Part shown: positions 29,738-38,706 of the stretch, one piece after another
How the letters are laid out: each line of letters starts with the position of its first letter
Position numbering within the stretch: the stretch's first letter is position 1
DNA from: a virus
Virus record (IMG/VR): IMGVR_UViG_3300042292_001278
Location: 1 to 53,485 of that record
DNA: 53,485 nt
Reading direction: 5' to 3' (one strand)
The notes under the pieces: model-generated
What the model was told of the DNA's origin: nothing
What the model saw: only the letters and a program-made list of their open reading frames with translations
Database searches by the model: none
Made by a program: the position numbers and the translations under genes

Positions 29738-29881
29738 ATGAAAAAAATAGCGATAGCGATTGCGATTGCGATTTTTGCAGTCATAAATTGTTTATTAATT
29801 TTCTGTGATGATTCGCAGAAAATCGGGGAAAATTCCCCGTCGGAAGAGCAACCCAAACGGGGAGATGGTCGAAGAAGCTGA
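29738..29881 (+). CDS. 47-aa membrane/secreted peptide with alternating Ala-Ile repeat
   Basis: Manual translation MKKIAIAIAIAIFAVINCLLIFCDDSQKIGENSPSEEQPKRGDGRRS*. Confidence 0.4.
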   Translation: MKKIAIAIAIAIFAVINCLLIFCDDSQKIGENSPSEEQPKRGDGRRS

Positions 29882-29913
29882 TCATCATTTTCCCTAAAAA
29901 TTTTGAGGAAAAT

Positions 29914-30192
29914 ATGAAGATTTCAATTTCAGAAGAATTGGATGACATTGGAATGTCGCCCGAAGCATTCAGAGTTTATTTCAATATTATTTGCCACGTC
30001 ATTCAACAGGATGCGTTTCCAACCGTCGATCAGATAACGGCGAAATGTTTTTCCAGACGACGCGCGTCTGGAAAAACGCAGGCAAGGCTTGCGTTGCGCG
30101 AGCTAATTAAGCTCGGTTTAATTAGCGGTGATATCGAAACGGAAAACTATACCTTAGTTCATCCCAGTAAGTGGGAAGTGGGGGCTGTATGA
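29914..30192 (+). CDS. Small winged-helix-like protein
   Basis: MKISISEELDDIGMSPEAFRVYFNIICHVIQQDAFPTVDQITAKCF...RLALRELIKLGLIS. Confidence 0.5.
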   Translation: MKISISEELDDIGMSPEAFRVYFNIICHVIQQDAFPTVDQITAKCFSRRRASGKTQARLALRELIKLGLISGDIETENYTLVHPSKWEVGAV

Positions 30193-31364
30193 AACCATCT
30201 ATTCTAGCCGCCTTTGCAGAAGCCGTCCCCTATATCCCCGGACTCAGACAGCAAACAGGGAGCGTAGTAGCCACGATTCTTATGATGCAACTTGAGTATC
30301 GTTTCGCAAAGTATCCAGACGGGTTTTATAAGTTTTTAGAACCCCCTCAAAACGGACATCAGGACTACAAGATTGGGGATAGTTGGGTTGAGGAACTCGC
30401 TTTTTCTAAAGAAGAATTTAGGACTGGGTTTGACAAGATTGGAGTCCGTTACAACTCCAAAACCCAGTATGACGAAGCAAAATCTAGCGGATCGGAATTT
30501 GGTTGTAATTACTACTGTTCTTACGTTGACCGGAGGTCGGGGTTAACTTTCTACTTTCGGAATCACAGCAAGGTAGATGAGCTAATTTCCGATATCGAAC
30601 CCAGGCAAAAATCAGTAGGTTTTCGCCCACGGAAAACTAGACCCCAAATGGTAGATCCCAATCTACAGGAAATCGGGAATCCCAATTTACTGAATATGGT
30701 AAATCCCAATTTACCATCATCGGGAATCCCAATTTACCAGAGTGGTGAATCCCAATTTCCTATTCCTTATATAGATATTTCAGAAAAGACTTCAGAAAAG
30801 ACTCCAGAAAATACCCCCCTTACCCCCCAAGGGGAATCGGAGGAGGGGGGGATTCAGAACGAAGCCGTTTTGATTTCAAACGAAGACCAGGGGAAAGAGC
30901 TTACCGAGGACTCTGCTACACAGCAAAGTCAAAAAGAGAATCACCGACCTGAACAAAATCTTAATCCGGTGATCAGACATTCCGCCGCCGTCGAGTCCGA
31001 TCCTCGATTTCTACCAACGGACGCAACAGCAGACAATATGAAAACTTGGAACGCAATTGTGGCGACCGGAGCCATGAGAGGTGAGCGATCGCCCGACCCT
31101 GAGTTTTTGGAATATTACAGGGGGCTATTAAGCAAATGCACTCATTACAGGGGCAAAGACTGTAATTCAAACCATGCCAAATCTTCCCTTGCTCAGAAAT
31201 GGAAATCCGAGCCACTAAAAATCCTTGCCGATGCCGAGTCGTGGTTGAAATCAAAAGCCAAGTTTAGCGGTGGCAAATCAACCCAGACCCGCAATATCAG
31301 CGAACTTTCTAGGGATGAACGCCTCGCCATCCTGAGAGCCAAACGCGAACAAAAAGGAGCCTAA
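30189..31364 (+). CDS. Putative phage replication initiation/helicase-accessory protein
   Basis: Plasmid/phage replication-like N-terminus upstream of DnaB; ATG 30189 overlaps the previous stop. Confidence 0.5.
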   Translation: MKPSILAAFAEAVPYIPGLRQQTGSVVATILMMQLEYRFAKYPDGFYKFLEPPQNGHQDYKIGDSWVEELAFSKEEFRTGFDKIGVRYNSKTQYDEAKSSGSEFGCNYYCSYVDRRSGLTFYFRNHSKVDELISDIEPRQKSVGFRPRKTRPQMVDPNLQEIGNPNLLNMVNPNLPSSGIPIYQSGESQFPIPYIDISEKTSEKTPENTPLTPQGESEEGGIQNEAVLISNEDQGKELTEDSATQQSQKENHRPEQNLNPVIRHSAAVESDPRFLPTDATADNMKTWNAIVATGAMRGERSPDPEFLEYYRGLLSKCTHYRGKDCNSNHAKSSLAQKWKSEPLKILADAESWLKSKAKFSGGKSTQTRNISELSRDERLAILRAKREQKGA

Positions 31365-31366
31365 CC

Positions 31367-31954
31367 ATGACCGAGCTTAACGATGAAATCTTTGATCAGG
31401 GAATTGAAAACCTGAAAGAAAATTTTTCCGACGCGATTTTCACCGAACTCAAATATGAAATTTGGTTCGACAAACTCTCTCAGGAGTTATCAGCTGAAGA
31501 ATTTGAGACTGCAATCCGTGAGGCAATTTTCAACCTTAGCAAGTGTCCCACGGGAAAAGAGCTTGTAAGCCTCGTTAAAGAATCCGAACGTGAGTTAGTA
31601 AGTAACTGTTGGTCAAGATGCCTAGAATCGCTTGCTAAACGCCTCCCGTTGAATAATTTAGACGATGCGAGTCAATATGCAATCGTTCAACTCGGAGGGA
31701 TGTCTCACCTTGGGTCGATTGAAAGTACCCAACTCAACTACCTGAGCAACGATTTCAAGACTCATTGGCAAGCCTACCGAAAAGCCCCGCGAGAATTTGA
31801 GCGTCCCACGCAGGTCATCCCCCGTGAGCAAATCGAGTTCAAGCCCAATGGACTCAAGCCACAGATTTCAGAGGAACAGAAGTTAAAAAATCAGGAATTT
31901 CTAAATAACCTGATCGCCACAAAAATGAATAAAAACTTAAATGGAGCGAAATAA
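31367..31954 (+). CDS. Hypothetical protein of replication module
   Basis: 195-aa ORF directly upstream of DnaB with 1-nt overlap. Confidence 0.45.
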   Translation: MTELNDEIFDQGIENLKENFSDAIFTELKYEIWFDKLSQELSAEEFETAIREAIFNLSKCPTGKELVSLVKESERELVSNCWSRCLESLAKRLPLNNLDDASQYAIVQLGGMSHLGSIESTQLNYLSNDFKTHWQAYRKAPREFERPTQVIPREQIEFKPNGLKPQISEEQKLKNQEFLNNLIATKMNKNLNGAK

Positions 31955-33267
31955 TGGAAACAATAATCATGCAAAACGTTGAGGCAGAACAAGCCGTTTT
32001 GGGAGCGATTCTCTTAGACCCCGAAGCTATGGGGCGAGTTGCAGACTCGCTAACTGCTAAATCTTTTTCCCTGCGATCGCATCAAACAATCTACAAAGCA
32101 GCTTTAGCATTACATTCCGAGGGAATAACCACGGATTTAATGACCGTCACTACCTGGTTATCCGATCAGAAATTACTTGAGAAAGCCGGGGGACAATTAG
32201 GATTAACCCAATTATTAGACCGCACAGTTTCAGCAGTTAACATTGATCAATACGGGCTGTTAATTGCCGATAAGCAAACTCGAAGAAACCTAATTGAATC
32301 TGCCCATAAAATTATTGAATTGGCAGAAGATACCAGTCAACCTTTAGAGACAATTCTCCAAAAGTCAGAGGAACAAATTGCTAATATTTCCCAATCAAAA
32401 TCACAACAGGATTTAGTTTCGATTGGTGAAACTTTAATTGATACCTTTCAAGAAATTGAAGACCGGAGCGAAAGCAAGATTCCCCCCGGTGTCCCCTCTG
32501 GATTTTATGACCTCGATGCCATGACTGGAGGATTCCAACACACCGACTTAATTATTGTGGCAGGAAGACCTGCAATGGGCAAATCGAGTTTGGCTTTAAA
32601 TTTTGGATATAACATTGCCAAAAAAGGGTTACCCGTCGCGGTCTTCAGTTTAGAAATGTCCAAAGGTCAATTAGTCCAAAGACTATTATCGAGCGAAACC
32701 AAAATTGAAAGTACCCGCATTCGTTCGGGAAACATTCAGCAAGAGGAATGGGAACCTTTGACAACCGCAATTAGTTCCTTAGCAGAATTACCGATTTTTA
32801 TTGACGACACCTCGAATCCAACAGTTAACGAAATCAAGAAAAAAGCCCAAAAATTGCAAGCCGAAAACGATGGAAAATTAGGATTAATCCTAATAGATTA
32901 TCTGCAATTAATGGACGGAGGAAGTGATAATCGGGTGCAAGAATTGTCAAGAATTACACGGGGATTAAAGGGAATGGCAAAAGATTTAAACGTTCCTGTA
33001 GTTGTCCTGTCTCAGTTGAGTCGTAGCGTCGAACAGCGCACCAATAAACGCCCAATGCTTTCAGACTTGAGAGAATCGGGCTCAATTGAACAAGACGCGG
33101 ACTTAGTAATGATGATCTATCGAGATGATTATTATAATCCCAACACTTCGGACGAGGGAATTGCAGAGTTAATTTTAGCCAAACATCGCAACGGCCCCAC
33201 CGGAACGGTCAAGTTATTATTTGATTCTCAATTTACCCAATTTAAAAATTTAGCGAGGTCTAACTAG
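31954..33267 (+). CDS. dnaB: Replicative DNA helicase DnaB
   Basis: NVEAEQAVLGAILLDPEAMGRV...IIVAGRPAMGKSSLALNFGYNIAKKGLPVAVFSLEMSKGQLVQRLLS...GLILIDYLQLM. Confidence 0.97.
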   Translation: METIIMQNVEAEQAVLGAILLDPEAMGRVADSLTAKSFSLRSHQTIYKAALALHSEGITTDLMTVTTWLSDQKLLEKAGGQLGLTQLLDRTVSAVNIDQYGLLIADKQTRRNLIESAHKIIELAEDTSQPLETILQKSEEQIANISQSKSQQDLVSIGETLIDTFQEIEDRSESKIPPGVPSGFYDLDAMTGGFQHTDLIIVAGRPAMGKSSLALNFGYNIAKKGLPVAVFSLEMSKGQLVQRLLSSETKIESTRIRSGNIQQEEWEPLTTAISSLAELPIFIDDTSNPTVNEIKKKAQKLQAENDGKLGLILIDYLQLMDGGSDNRVQELSRITRGLKGMAKDLNVPVVVLSQLSRSVEQRTNKRPMLSDLRESGSIEQDADLVMMIYRDDYYNPNTSDEGIAELILAKHRNGPTGTVKLLFDSQFTQFKNLARSN

Positions 33268-33276
33268 GAGAGTTAA

Positions 33277-33555
33277 ATGGAAAATTCAACAAAACGAGAT
33301 GAGTTGATTGCATTTCTTGAATTCCATGTACCACTACAACTTTATGAATTAAAATTGCGCGAACTCGAGCCAGGGACATCCAGATTTAACAAAGAGTTGC
33401 GCGAGTGTGGTCAGGTAGTTTCCGAAAAAGGTGACACCATTCTTTTTCACACCAAAGAAACAGCGAAAAACGTTGTTAAATTATCCAAAGCAATAGCAAT
33501 GTTACTACTAATAAACAAGGAAGTAACAGTTTTCGGTACAACCTTTAAACTCTGA
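33277..33555 (+). CDS. Hypothetical protein
   Basis: 92-aa ORF. Confidence 0.4.
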   Translation: MENSTKRDELIAFLEFHVPLQLYELKLRELEPGTSRFNKELRECGQVVSEKGDTILFHTKETAKNVVKLSKAIAMLLLINKEVTVFGTTFKL

Positions 33556-33561
33556 CGACTA

Positions 33562-33981
33562 ATGGATAGACTTGGTTGGGAAGACTTAGGAAGTATTATC
33601 AATTGGTTTTACGAACAACAGAGACAAGGTAAAACTTCCTTTAAAGTTCAAGAAATGCGCGATAAGTTTAATTTGAATATTCCAAACGCAAATACCCGAA
33701 TAAAACGGTTTCTTAAGTTTGGAATCATTAAACCACTAACTTATGGCAGATACGAAATCGAACCACTGTCAGAAGAAAGAATCCAGGAGATTAAAGACAA
33801 AATCATCCCCCCTAATCCCATTTTTAAAACCTATTATTTCAGAGGAAGACAACATACCGTCGAATGGATTTACAAAAACCAAAACCCCCCGATGACCCTC
33901 CAATATTTTGCTCAAAGACTTCAACGGGGGTGGTCATTAAAGAAAGCATTAGAAACACCGACCCGAAAATACAGAGGTTAA
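33562..33981 (+). CDS. Hypothetical protein
   Basis: 139-aa ORF. Confidence 0.4.
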   Translation: MDRLGWEDLGSIINWFYEQQRQGKTSFKVQEMRDKFNLNIPNANTRIKRFLKFGIIKPLTYGRYEIEPLSEERIQEIKDKIIPPNPIFKTYYFRGRQHTVEWIYKNQNPPMTLQYFAQRLQRGWSLKKALETPTRKYRG

Positions 33982-33989
33982 TTAACGTC

Positions 33990-34568
33990 ATGACCGCAGC
34001 AACCAAGAAGATATTTGAAAGACTTTTAAAAGTCGGTGACTGGGTAGAAATTGACCCTCACAAACACCGCCCAAACTATTTAATTAAGGGAACAGCTTGG
34101 CGGGTTGAGGGATTTAATTCAATAAAACAAACCTGTCAAATAACTAACGAAAAAACAGGGAATTTACATAGATCGGAAACCCTAGATTTTGAGGAAGTTT
34201 CCGATTCAAGCCCATTCAAAAAAACAGATATTGTTCAACTTAAAAGCGACCCTCGATATATTGGGCGGATTGTTAATTGTCGAAGAAATAAAATAACAAT
34301 TGAATGGGCATGGGGTGGAGTCCGAGAATCCCTAGACTCGGACAAAATAAAGTTATTTGTTCGGATGGTCATGGGGGAACAAATATTGTTGGGTGATTAT
34401 GCTTTTAAAGAAGGCGATCGCGTTCACACCAGTGATAAGAATTTTGGCAATGTGATTCTAACTGTTCGGGAGTGTTTACCTTCTGGGATGGTGGTTTTAA
34501 GTTCATCAAATGATCCTAACTTATTACTCCCCGGCTGTGGCTTAACGATTGTTGAGGAGGATTTCTAA
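33990..34568 (+). CDS. Hypothetical protein
   Basis: Start revised to MTAATKKIFERLLKVGDWVEIDP; downstream of previous stop. Confidence 0.45.
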   Translation: MTAATKKIFERLLKVGDWVEIDPHKHRPNYLIKGTAWRVEGFNSIKQTCQITNEKTGNLHRSETLDFEEVSDSSPFKKTDIVQLKSDPRYIGRIVNCRRNKITIEWAWGGVRESLDSDKIKLFVRMVMGEQILLGDYAFKEGDRVHTSDKNFGNVILTVRECLPSGMVVLSSSNDPNLLLPGCGLTIVEEDF

Positions 34569-35602
34569 TGTTAACATTTGCAACATTATTTACAGGCGGT
34601 GGCGGTGCAGATTTGGGGTTAGAGGCCGCAGGGTTTAAGTCTTTATGGGGAATTGAAAGAGATCCTAAAATTGCAGAAGTAGCACGATTAAATTTCCCAA
34701 ATACCAAAGTATTTAATTCTTGCGCAGGAGACATAAACCCCCGCAGTCTTCCCTATGTTGACCTGCTTTGGATGAGTCCCCCGTGCCAACAGTATTCAAA
34801 CGCTAGACGGGGTAATTTAGGTGATCACAAAGACAAGGACGCGGGGCTGTACTGTAGCAGTTATATCGCAGCGATTGATCCTCAATGGGTAGTTTTAGAA
34901 AACGTCCCAGGATATTCAAAATCACCTGTATTCGAGAAGATTCTACAATCCTTAATTCGCTACGGATATCGCTACCATTGGTTGATTCTTGACGCGGCGG
35001 ATTATGGGGTTCCACAGAACCGGAAACGATTAATCATGTGGGCGGTCAAAAACTCAGAACCCCTCCCATATTTTCCCGAATCAAAGCCTAGAAAGGGATG
35101 GTATCAAGCTATTAGTGATTTAATCCCTGAGATGAGTGATTGTGAGCTTGCAGACTGGCAGATTAAGCGACTGAATGAATTGGGTTATTTGCCAGAAAAA
35201 GCCTTGATTGATATTAGTAAGAATCGACATAAACCAGCTACGGCCAGAGATGGGAACGATCCGAGTTTTACCCTATTAACCGATCATAGTGGCTACCATT
35301 CACCCGTTTTATTAGTCCCCCGTGCAGGCGCTTGTATCAAAAATATCCTCCCAACCCCCTCGGACAAACCCTGCCCAACAATTCGAGCTATGGCATCGGG
35401 GCGGCATACCCACTGGGCGGACATCATGGAGGGAAGTCAAGTTAAACGAATTAGTCAGAAAGCGACGGCACGGCTCCAGACTTTCCCCGACTCCTATCAA
35501 TTCCCAGAATCCAAAACTTTAAGCCAACAAATAATAGGAAACGCCGTGCCTCCGTTATTGGCTAAAGAATTAGGTCTGGCAATCTTAAAATCAATTAACT
35601 AA
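34568..35602 (+). CDS. C5-cytosine DNA methyltransferase (canonical motif X)
   Basis: ATLFTGGGGADLGLEAAGF, WMSPPCQQYSNA, VLENVPGY, QNRKRLI, QQIIGNAVPPLLAKEL. Confidence 0.92.
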   Translation: MLTFATLFTGGGGADLGLEAAGFKSLWGIERDPKIAEVARLNFPNTKVFNSCAGDINPRSLPYVDLLWMSPPCQQYSNARRGNLGDHKDKDAGLYCSSYIAAIDPQWVVLENVPGYSKSPVFEKILQSLIRYGYRYHWLILDAADYGVPQNRKRLIMWAVKNSEPLPYFPESKPRKGWYQAISDLIPEMSDCELADWQIKRLNELGYLPEKALIDISKNRHKPATARDGNDPSFTLLTDHSGYHSPVLLVPRAGACIKNILPTPSDKPCPTIRAMASGRHTHWADIMEGSQVKRISQKATARLQTFPDSYQFPESKTLSQQIIGNAVPPLLAKELGLAILKSIN

Positions 35603-35604
35603 CC

Positions 35605-36048
35605 ATGAAAACATTAACTAAAGCCAAAACCAAACCCGCTAAAAAAGGATTTCAACCCGCCCAAAAAATTCATGCCAACGACCTCCACACATTCTCTTGT
35701 GAGTGTCTCTGGTATGATGCTGCCACCGACGAGGAACTCCTGACCGAATTGTGGACGATCAAACTCGACAAACGGCGATTCAGAACAGATGTCCGGCAGG
35801 CAATTGTTACGGGGTTGATCTATTGTTTCTTGGAAACCCCCGAAGCAGCAGAGCGACATATTAACCGAGTATTTTTTTGGAATAATAAATCAAGGGCTTA
35901 TGAGCCATTGGGGGCGGTGTCAGACTTGCCGATGGACGGATCTAGTCCGGTTGATTTTGAAGCCGATCCGGTGGTGGCTTATGAGCGACTCAAGGATTTG
36001 TGCGTTGATATCGAGATTAGTAAGGTTGACGATTGCTTTTGCTCTTGA
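35605..36048 (+). CDS. Hypothetical protein
   Basis: 147-aa ORF. Confidence 0.4.
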   Translation: MKTLTKAKTKPAKKGFQPAQKIHANDLHTFSCECLWYDAATDEELLTELWTIKLDKRRFRTDVRQAIVTGLIYCFLETPEAAERHINRVFFWNNKSRAYEPLGAVSDLPMDGSSPVDFEADPVVAYERLKDLCVDIEISKVDDCFCS

Positions 36049-36058
36049 CCTTTTAAAA

Positions 36059-36098
36059 ATACACAAATAAACTTGTTTTTTTTACGTTATTTGTGTAT
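36059..36098. repeat. 12-bp perfect inverted repeat overlapping the ncRNA promoter
   Basis: ATACACAAATAA (36059-36070) / TTATTTGTGTAT (36087-36098). Confidence 0.7.
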
Positions 36099-36101
36099 AA
36101 T
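36073..36101 (+). promoter_or_regulatory. Sigma70-like promoter for the omegaRNA/tracr-like RNA
   Basis: TTGTTT (36073-36078), 17-nt spacer, perfect TATAAT (36096-36101); predicted start about 36108. Confidence 0.7.
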
Positions 36102-36107
36102 GAAAAC

Positions 36108-36359
36108 AGTCAAGAATCAAAATTTACCAATGTAGTTTGTTGGTAAATAGTTAACCAGTCTAAGCTCTTTACTGAGCTACGTTATTGGGAAGTGTTTAAG
36201 TTCATACCTTGGGATGCGTTGCCAGTTCCAAGCTCTATAACTAAGTGATTAAACAGATGTACAGCAATTAAGTCAGTGTCACTTAGATAGTACCGCCCAA
36301 TAACATTGACGAGGCACACATTACCCGATTTATCGGAGGCTCGAAAGAGTTATTTTTAA
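36108..36359 (+). ncRNA. omegaRNA-like/tracr-like structured RNA with anti-repeat at 5' end
   Basis: 252-nt non-coding region between promoter and iscB; anti-repeat 36107-36120; paired helices 36122-36130/36140-36148, 36163-36167/36174-36178, 36181-36189/36296-36304, 36241-36247/36280-36286. Confidence 0.75.
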
Positions 36360-37658
36360 ATGTCTAAAGTCTTTGTGATGGATACCGAAAAGCGTCCATT
36401 AAATCCAATCTCACCCGCAAAAGCTAGGATTCTTTTAACTCAAAAGAAAGCCGCAGTTTTTCGGCATCAACCTTTTACAATCATCCTAAAATATGCTGTC
36501 AAATCTTCAACTGAAGACTTGAGGCTAAAGATAGATCCTGGCTCTAAATTTACTGGCATTGCCTTGGTAAACGACGGCACGGGTGAAGTTGTTTGGGGTG
36601 CTGATATTCAACATCGTGGCATGGTGATCAAGAATGCACTGGAATCCCGACGCAGTTTAAGAAGGGGTCGCCGAGGTAGAAAAACCAGATACCGCCAACC
36701 CCGTTTTCTTAATCGCACACGGGTTAAGGGTTGGTTAGCTCCGAGTCTAATGTCACGGGTTGAAAATGTGATCACTTGGGTTAATCGGTTAAGAAAGTTA
36801 GCTCCGATTTCTGCGATATCTCAAGAATTGGTACGGTTCGACACTCAAATTATGGAGAATCCAGAAGTTTCCGGTGTCGAGTATCAGCAAGGGGAGTTAG
36901 CGGGGTATGAAGTTCGGGAATACCTTTTGGAGAAGTTTGACCGTCAATGCGTTTACTGTGGCGCTGTTGATACCAGATTAGAGATTGAACACTTGATACC
37001 CAGATCCAAAGGGGGGAGTAATCGGGTTTCTAATTTGGCGATCGCTTGCCATAAATGCAATCAAAAAAAGGGTGCTAAGGACATTAAAGATTTCCTTTCT
37101 AAAAAGAAGGAATTGCTTAATAAAATCCTGAAACGGGTTAAAGCCCCTCTCAAAGATGCAGCCGCCGTTAACTCTACTCGGTGGTGCTTGTACAAACGAT
37201 TGAAGGAGACTGGCTTACCTGTAGAAGTTGGGACGGGGGGACGGACTAAGTTTAACCGATGCCGTCAAAAATTCCCTAAAGCTCACTGGATTGACGCGGC
37301 TTGCGTTGGTGCTTCTACTCCCGAAAATCTGATTATTAAGGATGTTAAACCTTTATTAATATCAGCTAAAGGGCATGGGGTAAGGCAACGGGTCACAACC
37401 GATAAGTATGGCTTTCCTAAATGCCATAAAGCAAGAATTAAGAGTTTTATAGGGTATAAAACAGGGGATTATGTTAAGGCTGTGATTCCATCTGGAAAGA
37501 ATAAGGGAACCCATTATGGTCGAATTGCGATCCGGCAACGTCCGAGTTTTACATTGGATAAGATGGACGTTCACCCAAAATGCCTGAGCCTACTTCAGAA
37601 ATCAGATGGTTATGCCTATTCAAGCCTCGAACCATTGCTAGTAAGTAGTTCTAGTTAA
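36360..37658 (+). CDS. iscB: IscB RNA-guided nuclease
   Basis: PLNPISPAKARILLTQKKAAVFRHQPFTI; RuvC-I LKIDPGSKFTGIAL; Arg-rich bridge helix ESRRSLRRGRRGRKTRYRQPRFLNR; RuvC-II ISQELVRFD; HNH CVYCGAVDTRLEIEHLIPRSKGGSNRVSNLAIACHKCNQKKG; RuvC-III HWIDAACVG. Confidence 0.97.
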   Translation: MSKVFVMDTEKRPLNPISPAKARILLTQKKAAVFRHQPFTIILKYAVKSSTEDLRLKIDPGSKFTGIALVNDGTGEVVWGADIQHRGMVIKNALESRRSLRRGRRGRKTRYRQPRFLNRTRVKGWLAPSLMSRVENVITWVNRLRKLAPISAISQELVRFDTQIMENPEVSGVEYQQGELAGYEVREYLLEKFDRQCVYCGAVDTRLEIEHLIPRSKGGSNRVSNLAIACHKCNQKKGAKDIKDFLSKKKELLNKILKRVKAPLKDAAAVNSTRWCLYKRLKETGLPVEVGTGGRTKFNRCRQKFPKAHWIDAACVGASTPENLIIKDVKPLLISAKGHGVRQRVTTDKYGFPKCHKARIKSFIGYKTGDYVKAVIPSGKNKGTHYGRIAIRQRPSFTLDKMDVHPKCLSLLQKSDGYAYSSLEPLLVSSSS

Positions 37659-37673
37659 TTTATTATCAAATCA

Positions 37674-38706
37674 GTTAATGATTGTATTGGTTCTTGACTG
37701 ACTTGATACACCGAGATCATTTCATCCTATTACTCGGATTTTGGTTAATGATTGTATTGGTTCTTGACTGACTTGATACATTGCCAGGTAGTATCTGTTA
37801 TTCTGGTTAATAGGTGAGGTTAATGATTGTATTGGTTCTTGACTGACTTGATACGGCGAAATTATGGAACTGGACAAAGCCGAACAACGGTTAATGATTG
37901 TATTGGTTCTTGACTGACTTGATACAATATTGATATTTCACCCGTTACTGCTGAAGTTATAGTTAATGATTGTATTGGTTCTTGACTGACTTGATACTAG
38001 ACGCTTCTGATGGATTGAACGCTGCACTACCAGTTAATGATTGTATTGGTTCTTGACTGACTTGATACTTGTGTCAGGTAGTCTTATCAGATAACGTGCC
38101 TAGAGTTAATGATTGTATTGGTTCTTGACTGACTTGATACGGTCAACAGGGGTAAATTTGAATTGGGGATATTGAGTTAATGATTGTATTGGTTCTTGAC
38201 TGACTTGATACAAACTTCCCCAATCTTGATAATCTTTCCAGTCAAGTTAATGATTGTATTGGTTCTTGACTGACTTGATACCTTCATCTATTAATTTCTG
38301 CCGTTCTTCTACCCAGAGTTAATGATTGTATTGGTTCTTGACTGACTTGATACAATGGAAAATACAAGCTATTAGAATCCGAGCCTAAAAGTTAATGATT
38401 GTATTGGTTCTTGACTGACTTGATACAAACTGAAATTGAGAAGGTTAGGGGGGAAGTTTTGGAGGTTAATGATTGTATTGGTTCTTGACTGACTTGATAC
38501 GACAATCCCCCCAATTTTTCTGCTAATTCGTGGGCTGTGTTAATGATTGTATTGGTTCTTGACTGACTTGATACCTCGCAGCAAACGAATTACCCCAAAG
38601 TTCGGACTATACAAGTTAATGATTGTATTGGTTCTTGACTGACTTGATACTATTCGATATTGGATCAACAGTTAACAATTGTCTTGCTTCTTGACTAATT
38701 TGATAC
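37674..38706 (+). CRISPR. CRISPR array: 14 identical 36-bp repeats plus 1 degenerate terminal repeat, 14 spacers
   Basis: Repeat GTTAATGATTGTATTGGTTCTTGACTGACTTGATAC at 37674, 37744, 37819, 37890, 37962, 38033, 38105, 38176, 38246, 38318, 38391, 38465, 38539, 38615; degenerate GTTAACAATTGTCTTGCTTCTTGACTAATTTGATAC at 38671. Spacers 34-40 nt, last one 20 nt. Confidence 0.98.

Noticed and set aside
36108-36359. Canonical cis-guided omegaRNA.
   Set aside because: A strong promoter ends only 6 nt before the anti-repeat, leaving no room for a 5' guide. A longer read-through transcript from upstream cannot be excluded without RNA data.
36360-37658. Calling the nuclease Cas9 or TnpB.
   Set aside because: About 432 aa with HNH inserted in RuvC, PLMP-like N-terminus and no REC lobe fits IscB. 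TnpB lacks HNH, and Cas9 would be much larger.
37674-38706. Simple tandem or satellite repeats.
   Set aside because: Repeats are exactly 36 bp and separated by unique 34-40 nt spacers, with a degenerate last copy, which is typical CRISPR architecture.
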